Below, piece after piece: positions 9,202-20,551 of a stretch of 64,000 nt of DNA. Under the pieces are notes generated by a model that made no database searches, was not told the origin of the DNA, and saw nothing but the letters and a program-made list of their open reading frames with translations. The position numbers and the translations under genes were made by a program. Within the stretch, counting starts at the first letter, position 1; every line of letters starts with the position of its first letter. Source of the DNA: Thermoplasmatota archaeon (GTDB lineage Archaea; Thermoplasmatota; Thermoplasmata; UBA10834); NCBI GenBank assembly GCA_040751795.1, contig JBFMHR010000003.1, positions 192,001 to 256,000 of the forward strand. Reading direction: 5' to 3'.

Positions 9202-9732
9202 ATGCCAGGCAGGGTGACAATCGGATTATACAACTCCTACGACCCGGTCAAGTTCCGCGAGGCCCACAGGCGCGTCCTCGCGAGGGTCGGGCCGCTCGCC
9301 CTGGCGTTCGACTGCAACCTGGCCACGTTCGGGTTCCCCTACGACAAGGAGCTCTCCACGCCGGTCGAGATAGCCAAGTGGGTCTCCACGACCACGACCA
9401 TCGGGGAGGGCGGGGAGTACCTGATCGAGCTGTCGGAGAAGGGGAGGTTCTCGGCGTTCGACTACCCGAAGAAGGGGTTCCCTCCCCAGCTGGGCGAGGC
9501 GGTGGTGACGACGAGGAAGCCCGTCAAGGGGAGGTCCGTGTCGCGGGAGCAGGTCAGGTCGACGCTGGGGTCCGGGAGGTCCGTCCTCCTGGTTTTCGGC
9601 CTCGGCCCCCACGGCCTCCCGAAGGAGGTCTTCGAGCTCTCGAGGATGCACATGGACGTGACGGGGAGGGGCATGTCCCTCGAGACGTGCACGGCCCTCG
9701 GCGCGGTGGTCGGCTCGCTGCTCGGGAAGTGA
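9202..9732 (+). CDS. DUF531 family SPOUT-like putative RNA methyltransferase
   Basis: TIGLYNSYD start; FGLGPHGLP and SLETCTALG knot motifs. Confidence 0.8.
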   Translation: MPGRVTIGLYNSYDPVKFREAHRRVLARVGPLALAFDCNLATFGFPYDKELSTPVEIAKWVSTTTTIGEGGEYLIELSEKGRFSAFDYPKKGFPPQLGEAVVTTRKPVKGRSVSREQVRSTLGSGRSVLLVFGLGPHGLPKEVFELSRMHMDVTGRGMSLETCTALGAVVGSLLGK

Positions 9733-10755
9733 TCAGTACGCCGTGTACGCGAGCCCCAGCTCGGGCACCCTGACGCCCTTGCCCTTGTCCACGCGGCCCA
9801 CGACCTTGGCGCCCTTGCCGGCGGCCTTCCTGACCGCGTCCGCCTCGGAATCGGGGACCACGAGGCAGTAGCCCATGCCCATGTTGAACGTCTGGTACAT
9901 CTCCTGGTCGGGGACGCCGCCGAGCCTCTGGATGACTCCGAACACGGGGTTCGGCCTGACGGGGTCGTCGAGCTCGAACCCGACGCCCTTCTTGAGCCTG
10001 ATGAGGTTCCTCAGCCCCCCGCCTGTGATGTTGGCCATGCCGTGGACCTCGTGCCCGTCGAGGATGCGCAGGACCTTCCTAACGTAGATGGTCGTGGGCT
10101 CGAGCAGCTCGAGCCCGAGGGGCCTCGCGAGCCCGCCGACCCTCTTCCTGTAGCCGACGCCCGCCCCCTCGACCACCTTCCTCGCGAGGGTGAGGCCGTT
10201 GGAGTGGACCCCCGAGCTGGGCAGCGCGACAATGGCGTCGCCTGGCCTGATCCTCTGGCCCGTGACGATCCTGTCCTTGTCCACCACCCCGAGGCACGTG
10301 CCGGCGAGGTCGAAGCCCTTGACGAGCTCCGGGAGGACGGCTATCTCCCCCCCGATTATCGTCATGTTGGAGAGCCTCGCGCCGGCCTCGAGGCCCTTGC
10401 CGACCTCGGAGGTCTTCCTCTCGTCGGGGACGTCTATGGCGATGTAGTCCACGAACGCGACGGGCTCCGCCCCGACGCATATCGTGTCGTTGACGTTCAT
10501 GGCGATGCAGTCTATGCCCACGGTGTCCCACTTCCTCATCTCGTCGGCCACGAGCAGCTTCGTGCCGACGCCGTCCGTGCAAAGGGACAGGGCGACGTCG
10601 CCCAGGTCGATGAGGCCGGTGAAGTGCCCTGGTAGGTCGAGCGGCCTCCCGAACCCCTTCCTCTTGAACCTGAGGTGCTCGACCAGGGCCGAGATGCTCC
10701 GGGACTTCCTGTCGATGTCCACTCCCGCCTTGGCGTAGGTCATTCCCTTGGGCAT
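9733..10755 (-). CDS. purM: phosphoribosylformylglycinamidine cyclo-ligase
   Basis: YAKAGVD, TDGVGTK, AMNVND, SSGVHSNG, ITGGG, FNMGMG. Confidence 0.97.
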   Translation of the reverse strand: MPKGMTYAKAGVDIDRKSRSISALVEHLRFKRKGFGRPLDLPGHFTGLIDLGDVALSLCTDGVGTKLLVADEMRKWDTVGIDCIAMNVNDTICVGAEPVAFVDYIAIDVPDERKTSEVGKGLEAGARLSNMTIIGGEIAVLPELVKGFDLAGTCLGVVDKDRIVTGQRIRPGDAIVALPSSGVHSNGLTLARKVVEGAGVGYRKRVGGLARPLGLELLEPTTIYVRKVLRILDGHEVHGMANITGGGLRNLIRLKKGVGFELDDPVRPNPVFGVIQRLGGVPDQEMYQTFNMGMGYCLVVPDSEADAVRKAAGKGAKVVGRVDKGKGVRVPELGLAYTAY

Positions 10756-10846
10756 TCCGTACCAGCCTCTGACCGGGCGATTGCGTATTGTGCCTATACC
10801 TTTTTCCTAGTGCTAGATAACGATAAATCCGCCCTGCGGGTATCCC

Positions 10847-11464
10847 ATGCCCGTGACAAAGGCCTGGAGGGCCGAGCGCAGGAAGGACTTCTACTACCGC
10901 AAGGCCAAGAAGGAGCACTACAGGAGCAGGGCCTCCTACAAGCTCAAGCAGCTCGACTTCCGCTTCGCGCTGATAGAGCCCGGGAACACTGTCGTGGACC
11001 TGGGCGCATCCCCCGGGGGGTGGTCCCAGGTCGCCGTCGAGCTGGCGGGCCCAGGTGCGAAGGTCATCGCGGTCGACATCGACCGCTTCGCCCCGATAGA
11101 GGGCGTGACGTTCCTCAGGGGGGACATAAGGGAGGAGTCGGTTGTGAAGAGGATCCTCGAGCTCGTCCCGGAGGGGGCGGACGTCGTCCTCTCGGACATG
11201 TCCCCGAACATCAGCGGGAACTACTCCTACGACCACGCCCGCTCGGTCGAGCTCTGCGAGCACGCCCTGGCCGTCGCGGTGAGGGTCCTGAAGCCGGGCG
11301 GCGACTTCGTCGCCAAGATGTTCTCCGGCGACATGAGCAGGCCCTTCAACGACAGGGTGAGGCGCCTGTTCGAGGAGTTCCACACCAACCACCCGAAGGC
11401 GTCCAGGACGTCAAGCTCGGAGGTCTACGTCCTCGGCCTCGGGTTCCGGCCCCCGCGCCGCTAG
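10847..11464 (+). CDS. rlmE: 23S rRNA (U2552-2'-O)-methyltransferase RlmE/FtsJ
   Basis: YRSRASYKL, DLGASPGGWSQ, SDMSPN, KASR..SSEVY. Confidence 0.96.
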   Translation: MPVTKAWRAERRKDFYYRKAKKEHYRSRASYKLKQLDFRFALIEPGNTVVDLGASPGGWSQVAVELAGPGAKVIAVDIDRFAPIEGVTFLRGDIREESVVKRILELVPEGADVVLSDMSPNISGNYSYDHARSVELCEHALAVAVRVLKPGGDFVAKMFSGDMSRPFNDRVRRLFEEFHTNHPKASRTSSSEVYVLGLGFRPPRR

Positions 11465-14205
11465 TCCCAGAACCGCTTCGTGCGCGCGTAGGTTATCTCC
11501 GCAGCGAGTATGTCCCTGAGGAACTCGTCCTCCTCGAGGTGGTACCTCGCGAGGATCCTCGCGGCGGTGTCAGCGCCCACGCCCCTTCCGACCATTGCCA
11601 TGGCCGCCTTCCTGCCGTGCGCCATGACCAGGTTGGCGTTCTTGTAGATCCTCTTCAGCGCCCTCCTCCCCTCCTCGTCGGAGGCCCCCCTCTTGAGGAC
11701 GTCGAAGTCCTTCTTGGCGTAGGGCTGGATGGCGGCGACCAGGACCCCGCCGCACTTCGAGCACCTCACCCTCTCCGGGAGCGAGCCCACGGTCGTCCTC
11801 CTCTGGCTCCTGCAGTTCATGCACACGGTGACGACGTCTTCGGACAGCAGTCTCTCCTTCAGGGCGAGGAGGACGGTCTTGTCCGCCCTCTGCGGCTGGA
11901 CCAGCTCCCGGCGGTCGCCTATCGCCTCGGTCCCCATCGGCGACAGCTTCCCGGCCACGAGCTCGATGGTCCCGTCCTGGATGCGCCTCAGGACGGTCGC
12001 CGTCCCCTCGACGTCCATGTTCTCCCAGAGGGTCTTCGACACCGCCTCCTCGAATATGGGGGAGTGCTCGAAGACGTCGATGAGCTTCGACACGTTCAGC
12101 ATCTTGTAGTCCGCGTCCTTCCGGACGGCGCCGAACTTCTTCGCCACGTGGACGAACTGCCAGCGCAGGTCGGACGAGTTGCGGACAATGAGCCTCATCA
12201 GCTGGTGGAGTCCGGCGGTGTCGGTCTCCTTGATCGTCCTGAGGACGTCGTCCACCCTCAGGCCCCGCGGCACCTCGAGCACGATCGAGTAGGGCTCGGT
12301 GTGGACCCCTATGCTCTCGCCGAACCTTGCGGCCAGCAGTGTGGTGACGAGCTTCGCGAGGGTCTCGTTCACCCTCGTCCCGAAGCAGCAGTTGACGACT
12401 ATGACGCCCTCGCCCTGCTCGACCGTCACCAGCTTGTCCGTCGGGACCGGGAGCCCCTTCTGGGCCGCGACCCACTCCTCGACCTCCCTCCTGGTGTCCG
12501 GGTCCGCGGGGTACACGTCCATCGGGAGCAGCCGGCGCATCGCCCCGACCTCCTGGGCGACCTCGTACGGGACGGGGATCTCCTCGCCTATCCACGAGGG
12601 GGTGGCGCCGATCTCCCTGACCTGCTCCACCATCACCTCGTCCTCCCCCACCTCTATGACGCGCCAGGTCCTGCCGCGGGCGACGAACGTGGCGTAGGGC
12701 TCCGCGTACGAGGCGACGAAGCTCTCGTCCAGCGTTCCGATGACCCTCCTCGACGACACCTCGCGTATCCTGTAGGTCCTCTCGTCGGGGATCATGGATA
12801 TGTTGTCGAAGAAGTGCCTCATGCCGTTCGTCTTCTTCCTGAAGGCGTCCTCGTCGTTCCACAGTATGTGCAGCTCTGCGAGGAGCCTCAGGACCTCGTC
12901 GAAGTCGGCGCGGAGGAGGTTCCTGAAGGGGTAGGCCCTCCTGATGACCGAGTACGCCCAGTCCTTCCCGACCTTCGGCTCAGTGAGGGTCATGGCGACA
13001 AGCTGGTTCGCGAGCACCCCGAGCGGGTTCTCCCGTATCCGGTACCGCTCCAGCTCCTCGAGCATCGCCCTCCGGGCGATGACGAGGCTCTCAGCCGTCT
13101 CGGAGGGGGTCGTGGTGATGACGGTGCCGGTCGACGTCTCGTAGTGCCTGTGCCCGGCCCTCCCCACGCGTTGTATCAGCCGCGTGACCTGCCTGGGGGA
13201 GTTGAACTGTATTGTGAAGTCGGCCGAGCCCACGTCGATGCCGAGCTCGAGCGACGAGGTGCATATCAGCGCCTTGAGCCTCTGCTCCTTGAAGTCGTCC
13301 TCCATCTGCACCCGTATGTCCTTCGACAGCGACCCGTGGTGCACGCCGACGCTGAACGCCTCGTCCCAGAGGTGGTACCTCACGCCGAGCGCCTCGGCGT
13401 AGTCCCTGGTGTTCACGAAGAAGAGGGTCGAGGCGTGCCCCTCGACCAGCTCCCGGCACCTCCTCATCGCCGCGACGTGCTTCTCGTCGGTCTGCAGGCG
13501 GGTTGCCAGGGCCTTGTCGCCGTCCGCCATCCGCGGGCTCTCCACCGAGATCGCCATCTCCTTAGCCGCGGAGACCTTGAGGTCCGTGACCCTCCTCCCC
13601 GCGCCGCCCAGGAAGCCGGAGACCTCGTCGACGGAGCCCACGGTAGCCGAGAGCCCTATCCTCTGGAACTCCCCTGCGATGCCGCAGAGCCGCTCCAGGC
13701 CGACCGCGAGCTGCGCCCCGCGCTCGTCCTCCGCGAGCTCGTGCACCTCGTCCACGACCACGTGCCTGACGTTGGCCAGGTGCCTGCGGAGGTTCCTCCC
13801 GGTGAAGAGGACCTGGAGCGTCTCGGGAGTGGTGATCATGACGTCGGGAGGGGACTTCGACTGCGCCGTCCTCTCCGACTGGGGGGTGTCGCCGTGCCTG
13901 ACCGCGACCTCGACGCCGACCGAGGCCCCCATCTCCTTGAGCCTCTTGAGGAGGTCCCGGTTCAGCGCCCTGAGCGGGGTGACGTAGAGGCATTTGATGC
14001 CCGGCCCGCTCTCCTTGGCCAGGAGCGTCAGGATCGGGAGCATCGCTGCCTCCGTCTTGCCGATGCCTGTCGGCGCCACGAGGAGGAGGTGGTCGCCCGA
14101 CAGGACCGCAGGTATGGCCTTCCTCTGAGGCTCGGTGGGCTCGGTGATGCCCTGTCCTGCGAGGAATGAGTTGAGCCTGGGGTCCAAGAGCTCGAATACG
14201 TTCAT
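11461..14205 (-). CDS. lhr: Lhr-like DEAD/DEAH-box helicase
   Basis: APTGIGKT, DEVHE, SAT, HHGSLS, SSLELGID, QRVGRAGH, C-terminal CxxC..CxxC, RFWD end. Confidence 0.93.
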   Translation of the reverse strand: MNVFELLDPRLNSFLAGQGITEPTEPQRKAIPAVLSGDHLLLVAPTGIGKTEAAMLPILTLLAKESGPGIKCLYVTPLRALNRDLLKRLKEMGASVGVEVAVRHGDTPQSERTAQSKSPPDVMITTPETLQVLFTGRNLRRHLANVRHVVVDEVHELAEDERGAQLAVGLERLCGIAGEFQRIGLSATVGSVDEVSGFLGGAGRRVTDLKVSAAKEMAISVESPRMADGDKALATRLQTDEKHVAAMRRCRELVEGHASTLFFVNTRDYAEALGVRYHLWDEAFSVGVHHGSLSKDIRVQMEDDFKEQRLKALICTSSLELGIDVGSADFTIQFNSPRQVTRLIQRVGRAGHRHYETSTGTVITTTPSETAESLVIARRAMLEELERYRIRENPLGVLANQLVAMTLTEPKVGKDWAYSVIRRAYPFRNLLRADFDEVLRLLAELHILWNDEDAFRKKTNGMRHFFDNISMIPDERTYRIREVSSRRVIGTLDESFVASYAEPYATFVARGRTWRVIEVGEDEVMVEQVREIGATPSWIGEEIPVPYEVAQEVGAMRRLLPMDVYPADPDTRREVEEWVAAQKGLPVPTDKLVTVEQGEGVIVVNCCFGTRVNETLAKLVTTLLAARFGESIGVHTEPYSIVLEVPRGLRVDDVLRTIKETDTAGLHQLMRLIVRNSSDLRWQFVHVAKKFGAVRKDADYKMLNVSKLIDVFEHSPIFEEAVSKTLWENMDVEGTATVLRRIQDGTIELVAGKLSPMGTEAIGDRRELVQPQRADKTVLLALKERLLSEDVVTVCMNCRSQRRTTVGSLPERVRCSKCGGVLVAAIQPYAKKDFDVLKRGASDEEGRRALKRIYKNANLVMAHGRKAAMAMVGRGVGADTAARILARYHLEEDEFLRDILAAEITYARTKRFWD

Positions 14206-14430
14206 CTGCAGACGGTCACCTGCGGCCGTCGGGATTAAACCTTCTCGGCGATCCCTCCCCTGTCCGTCGCCTCCGCGCAGGGGGAGGCCCCGACCTTAGG
14301 TCAGTAGGCCGCAAAATGAGGGCAATACGGGGCGGAAGCGATTTATAGCGGGAGCCGGTTCGAAACCCTGACGGCGGGCAATGTACGGAATCATACTGCG
14401 CCGTCGGTAAACCATTCGGGGGAATAGGAA

Positions 14431-15816
14431 GTGAAGAAGGCATTAGGTGCGTTTTTCGCATCGGCAATAGTGATGGCACTGGCGTTCAGCGCGGTAGTCG
14501 TCAGTGCAGGAAATGGGAGCACCTGGCTCAGGGAGACGGAGGTGCCGGAGGAGACCCCGGTCGCCGACGACCTTGGGCTGGACGACTGGACCATCATGGT
14601 CTACATCGCCGGGGACAACAACCTCGAGATCAACGCCCTGGACGACCTCGATGAGATGGAGCTCGTGGGCTCATCCGACACTGTCAACATCATCGTCCTC
14701 ATGGACACCCTGACGCTCGTCGAAGGCACCCACTGGTACGTGATCGAGGCCGCGGCGGACGAGATCGACCACATCGACCTCGAGGCCGGCGTGAACGACT
14801 GCGACTGCGAGGCGGTCGCGGGCGCCTGCCCCGACGGGGACCTGAACATGGGCGACGGCGAGACGCTGAAGGACTTCATCGTGAAGTCGGCCGCCTACGC
14901 CCCGGCCGAGCAGTACATGCTCGTCCTCTGGGACCACGGCGGCGGCTGGTACGGCGTCTGCTGGGACGACAGCTCCGTCAGGGAGGAGGACGGCAGGATC
15001 GACAGGCTGACGGTCGACGAGTTCGGCAACGCCATAAGGGCGGCCGAGGAGGAGGCCGGCATATGGTTCACCGTGATCGGGTTCGACGCCTGCCTCATGT
15101 CGATGCTGGAGATCGCCTACGAGATACGCGACCTGGCCGACTACATGATCTCGTCCGTGACGGGCATACCCGTCGCCGGATGGCCGTACGACCTCTCGTT
15201 CGACGAGCTCATCGCCGACTCCAGCCTGGACGCGCTCACGCTCTCCGATGAGATCATCGAGGGCTACATCGAGTACTACTCCCTGTGCGCGGGCGAGGGC
15301 CTCGGCGGATGGATGGGCGTGACGCTGAACCTCATCGACCTGTCGGTCATCGGCGACCTCGCCATGGCCATGGACGCCCTGTCGTACGACCTGCAGGAGG
15401 CCTTCGAGTCCGGCGAGGTGAGCAGGGGGGCCCTGCTCTCCATCGCGAGCTCGCTGACCCCGGCGCTCGAGATGTACGGGCAGTCGTTCGCGTTCTCGGA
15501 CATCGGCGTGCTCGCCGAGGGCCTCGCGAACTTCGAGGCGTTCGAGGAGAGCGCGACAGCGGTTTCCGAGCTGATGCCGGCCGCGGTCCCGATGGTCGAA
15601 TGGGTCAGCCAGACGACCGGCGGCGCGTTCAACACGACCGGCCTCACGGTGTACTTCCCGGCCGCGTACTACTACACCTACATGGACTACGCGTACGAGA
15701 CCGAGGAGGAGGCGGCGGAGAACGACGAGCTCATCTACTTCGGGCTCGACTTCGCCACCGACACGAACTGGGACGAGTTCGTCCTGTACACCTGCCCGGC
15801 GGTCGTAGAGGAATAG
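14431..15816 (+). CDS. secreted clostripain-family (C11) cysteine peptidase
   Basis: Signal peptide; WTIMVYIAGDNNL, LWDHGGG (His), GFDACLM (Cys). Confidence 0.9.
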   Translation: MKKALGAFFASAIVMALAFSAVVVSAGNGSTWLRETEVPEETPVADDLGLDDWTIMVYIAGDNNLEINALDDLDEMELVGSSDTVNIIVLMDTLTLVEGTHWYVIEAAADEIDHIDLEAGVNDCDCEAVAGACPDGDLNMGDGETLKDFIVKSAAYAPAEQYMLVLWDHGGGWYGVCWDDSSVREEDGRIDRLTVDEFGNAIRAAEEEAGIWFTVIGFDACLMSMLEIAYEIRDLADYMISSVTGIPVAGWPYDLSFDELIADSSLDALTLSDEIIEGYIEYYSLCAGEGLGGWMGVTLNLIDLSVIGDLAMAMDALSYDLQEAFESGEVSRGALLSIASSLTPALEMYGQSFAFSDIGVLAEGLANFEAFEESATAVSELMPAAVPMVEWVSQTTGGAFNTTGLTVYFPAAYYYTYMDYAYETEEEAAENDELIYFGLDFATDTNWDEFVLYTCPAVVEE

Positions 15817-15833
15817 GCCTGCAAAACACAACA

Positions 15834-15890
15834 CCGGGGCCGGGCCGCGCGCGCGGCCCGCCCTGGTCAGTTTTATCCAATCTGTTTTTA
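15834..15890 (+). terminator. GC hairpin followed by T tracts
   Basis: GGGCCGCGCGCGCGGCCC self-complementary core, then GTTTT and TGTTTTT. Confidence 0.45.
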
Positions 15891-15896
15891 TCGTGA

Positions 15897-17201
<1,305 letters not shown>

Positions 17202-17465
17202 CCTCCGCCCAGGGCCAGGTCCTCAGCGAGAGGGCCCATCCACGGGAGCGTCTGAGGCCAGCGCGCGCGTTCGGCGTCATTCAACCATTTGAACAGGGTA
17301 AGATGGGGCATTTGACCATAAATCGAGGGATATATCTCGGCAATCAACCATTCTAATGTCCGATTTGCGGCACAATGATGATTATGGTTGTCCGCGGTTC
17401 GCCGTTCGCAGACCGGCGGCAGGACAGGCGCGTCGCGCAGCTCGCCGCCGGGGCGGAAGGTGAGC

Positions 17466-18755
17466 ATGATGTCCCCGAAGGGAGTTGCACGGAACAGCGG
17501 CCTGCGAGACCAGACCGACAGGAACCAGAACGGCCTCAACAACCCGCCCGTTGCAAAGCCCAGGCTCGGGCGCATCAAGCTGGTCGACACGACCTGCAGG
17601 GACGGGGAGCAGATGCCGGGGATCTCCTTCACCTGCGACGAGAAGGTCGGCATCGCCCTCGGGCTCGAGGGGCTCGGGGTGGAGCAGATCGAGACCTTCG
17701 CCACGTACAACGACAGCGACAGGAGGTGCGCGGAAATCCTCAGCGCCCGCCTGGGCAGCGCCTCGCTGATGGGGTGGAACAGGATGGTCAAGGCCGACGT
17801 CGACGACTCCGTCTCGCACGGGGTGGACGCCGTGTCGGTCTCGACCGACACCTCCGACATAGCGCTCGCGAGCAAGCTCAGGATCACGAGGGCGCAGCAG
17901 ATCGATGCGCTGGTGGACTGCGTCGAGCACGCCAAGGCGCACGGCGTCTACGTGTGCTTCAACGCGGGCGACGCCACGAGGACGGACCCCGACTACCTCG
18001 TCGAGTTCGCGAGGGCCGGGCTCGAGGCGGGCGGGGACAGGTTCAGGATCTGCGACACGGTCGGGGTCCTCACCCCCGCAGGTGCATCGTCCCTCGTCTC
18101 CAAGGTCATGTCCAGCGTCGACATCGACGTCGAGTTCCACGCCCACAACGACTTCGGGCTGGCGGTGGCCAACGCCCTCGCCGCGTGCGAGGCAGCCGCC
18201 GCGTTCCCCGAGAGGACGCTGTGGCTATCCACCACGGTGAACGGGCTGGGGGAGCGCGCCGGCAACGTGCCGCTCGAGGTCCTGGTGATGAACCTCCGGG
18301 CCCACTACGGGGTGGAGACTTACAGCGCGGAGCGCATCATGCCGCTCTGCAGGCGCGTCGAGAAGGCCTCGGGGCTGGGGATACCGCCCAACCACCCCGT
18401 CGTCGGCGGGAACATGTTCACGCACAAGTCCGGCATACACGTGGACGGCGTCCTGAAGGAGCCGGCGCTCTACGAGGCCTTCGACCCTGGGCCGCTCGGC
18501 CTGTCCAGGAGGATAGCGATAGGGAAGCACTCGGGGAAGGCCTCCATCAGGCACAAGCTCGACCAGATGGGCCTCTCGGTCCCGCCCGGGGCGGTGGAGG
18601 CGATCCGCTGCGAGGTGAGCGCTTCTGGGGAGAGGGTGAAGAGGGACCTCACCGACGATGAGTTCGCGCGGATATGCTCGAAGTACGCGGGCGGCTCGTC
18701 CCCCAACGAGAAGAGGGTCGCGGCGATCGACGCCAACATCCCGTGGGGGAAGTGA
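17466..18755 (+). CDS. DRE-TIM acyltransferase (homocitrate synthase NifV/LeuA family; candidate Re-citrate synthase)
   Basis: DTTCRDGEQ, HAHNDFGLA, NGLGERAGN, HKSGIHVDG, GKHSG; no LeuA regulatory domain. Confidence 0.88.
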   Translation: MMSPKGVARNSGLRDQTDRNQNGLNNPPVAKPRLGRIKLVDTTCRDGEQMPGISFTCDEKVGIALGLEGLGVEQIETFATYNDSDRRCAEILSARLGSASLMGWNRMVKADVDDSVSHGVDAVSVSTDTSDIALASKLRITRAQQIDALVDCVEHAKAHGVYVCFNAGDATRTDPDYLVEFARAGLEAGGDRFRICDTVGVLTPAGASSLVSKVMSSVDIDVEFHAHNDFGLAVANALAACEAAAAFPERTLWLSTTVNGLGERAGNVPLEVLVMNLRAHYGVETYSAERIMPLCRRVEKASGLGIPPNHPVVGGNMFTHKSGIHVDGVLKEPALYEAFDPGPLGLSRRIAIGKHSGKASIRHKLDQMGLSVPPGAVEAIRCEVSASGERVKRDLTDDEFARICSKYAGGSSPNEKRVAAIDANIPWGK

Positions 18756-18769
18756 GGAGGGGGACCGGC

Positions 18770-20023
18770 ATGGGCAAGACGATCGCGGAGAAGGTGCTGA
18801 GCGACCGCTCGGGCTCCGACTGCTGGGCGGGGGACATGACCGTCGCGTCCGTGGACTTCTGCATGGCCCAGGACGGGACGTCCACGATGATGATGCGGGA
18901 GCTGGAGTCCCTCGGGTTCGAGGCGCCCCGCACCCGCCGCGGCATGGCCATGGTGATAGACCACAGCTCGCCCAGCCCTTCGGCCAACATATCCAGGATC
19001 CACGGCCGCATCAGGGCGTTCGCCCGGTCCCACGGCATCCCGCTCTGCGACATAGGCGGGGGCGTGTGCCACCAGGTGGTCCCGGAGAGCGGGAAGGTCC
19101 TCCCCGGCGACCTGGTCGTCGGGGCGGACTCGCACACGTGCACATACGGGGCCCTGAACGCCTGCTCGACGGGGCTCGGCTCCGCCGACGTCGCCGCGGC
19201 CGCGTTCACCGGGAGGCTGTGGTTCAGGGTGCCAGAGTCGTACCGGGTCGAGCTCTCGGGGCGGCTCCCTGCGCGCGTAAGCACGAAGGACCTGGCCCTG
19301 GACCTGATAGGCCAGGTCGGCGCCGACGGCGCAACCTACAAGTCCATTGAGTACTCAGGCGACGGGCTCGCATCGCTGCCGATGGACGGCAGGATGACAG
19401 TCGCCAACATGGCAGTGGAGATGGGGGCGAAGTTCTCCCCGTTCCCGTTCGATTCGTACACGCGCGAATGGTACGCGTCCAGGGGGGTCGACCCCGGGCC
19501 GGGGGTGTCCGGGGACCCCGATGCCGATTACGAGCGGGGGCTCGACGTCGACCTGGCCAGCATCGTGCCGAAGGTCGCCGCCCCTCACCAGGTGGACAAC
19601 GTGCGCGATGTCTCGGAGCTGGCGGGCACGCCCGTGCAGCAGGTCTTCGTCGGGACATGCACCAACGGCCGGCTTGACGACCTAAGGTCCGTCGTCTCCG
19701 TGATGAGGGGGCGCCGGGTGATGGACGGCGTCCGCATGATCGTCGCGCCGGCCTCCAGGGAGGTCATGCTCAGAGCGACGGATGAAGGGGTGATGTCGCA
19801 GCTGGTCAGGTCGGGGGCGGTGGTCATGCCTCCAGGGTGCGGGCCCTGCGTCGGGACTCACGCGGGCGTGCCGGCTGACGGAGAGAACGTGGTGTCGACG
19901 GCGAACCGGAACTTCAGGGGCAGGATGGGCAACAACCAGGACGTGAACATATTCCTGGTCTCCCCTGAGACCGCTGCGGCGACGGCTGTCACGGGCGAGA
20001 TCACGGACCCGAGGGAGGTGTGA
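18770..20023 (+). CDS. 3-isopropylmalate dehydratase/homoaconitase-family large subunit
   Basis: KTIAEK, GVCHQ, GADSHTCT, GTCTNGR, CGPCVG, STANRNF. Confidence 0.93.
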   Translation: MGKTIAEKVLSDRSGSDCWAGDMTVASVDFCMAQDGTSTMMMRELESLGFEAPRTRRGMAMVIDHSSPSPSANISRIHGRIRAFARSHGIPLCDIGGGVCHQVVPESGKVLPGDLVVGADSHTCTYGALNACSTGLGSADVAAAAFTGRLWFRVPESYRVELSGRLPARVSTKDLALDLIGQVGADGATYKSIEYSGDGLASLPMDGRMTVANMAVEMGAKFSPFPFDSYTREWYASRGVDPGPGVSGDPDADYERGLDVDLASIVPKVAAPHQVDNVRDVSELAGTPVQQVFVGTCTNGRLDDLRSVVSVMRGRRVMDGVRMIVAPASREVMLRATDEGVMSQLVRSGAVVMPPGCGPCVGTHAGVPADGENVVSTANRNFRGRMGNNQDVNIFLVSPETAAATAVTGEITDPREV

Positions 20024-20026
20024 GGC

Positions 20027-20539
20027 ATGGGTGACATACTCAAAGGGACCGCGCACAGGTTCGAGCCGAACGACGACATCAACACCGACTACATCATATC
20101 GGGCCGCTACAAGTTCAAGATCGACGACATGGACGACCTCGCCAGGCACGTCATGGAGGACATCGACCCGACATTCGCCTCGAGGGTGGCGCCGGGCGAC
20201 TTCATAGTCGCGGGGCGCAACTTCGGATGCGGCTCCAGCAGGGAGCAGGCCCCCAGGGCGCTGAAGGCCGCGGGGGTGTCGGCGGTGCTGGCGAAGTCCT
20301 ACGCGCGCATCTTCTACAGGAGCTCGTTCAACGTCGGCCTGCCCCTGGTGCAGTGCGACACCGACTGGGTGCTCCAGGGGGACGGGCTGACCGTCGACCT
20401 CGCCACGGGCGAGGTCTCCTGCCCGGCACGCGGGACGGGCGCGAAGGCGTCCGCTGTCCCCCGGCTCATGCAGGCGCTGCTCGACGACGGGGGCCTGGTC
20501 CCCCACTTGAGGAAACACGGGGGATTCTCCCTCGAGTGA
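20027..20539 (+). CDS. 3-isopropylmalate dehydratase/homoaconitase-family small subunit
   Basis: [29 protein letters not shown]. Confidence 0.93.
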   Translation: MGDILKGTAHRFEPNDDINTDYIISGRYKFKIDDMDDLARHVMEDIDPTFASRVAPGDFIVAGRNFGCGSSREQAPRALKAAGVSAVLAKSYARIFYRSSFNVGLPLVQCDTDWVLQGDGLTVDLATGEVSCPARGTGAKASAVPRLMQALLDDGGLVPHLRKHGGFSLE

Positions 20540-20551
20540 GGAAGTGGGGCC

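Noticed and set aside
10675-14169. 1164-aa plus-strand ORF and many other long antisense or alternate-frame ORFs (e.g. 3785-6037, 45007-47115)
   Set aside because: Shadows of real genes caused by high GC3; no recognisable motifs.
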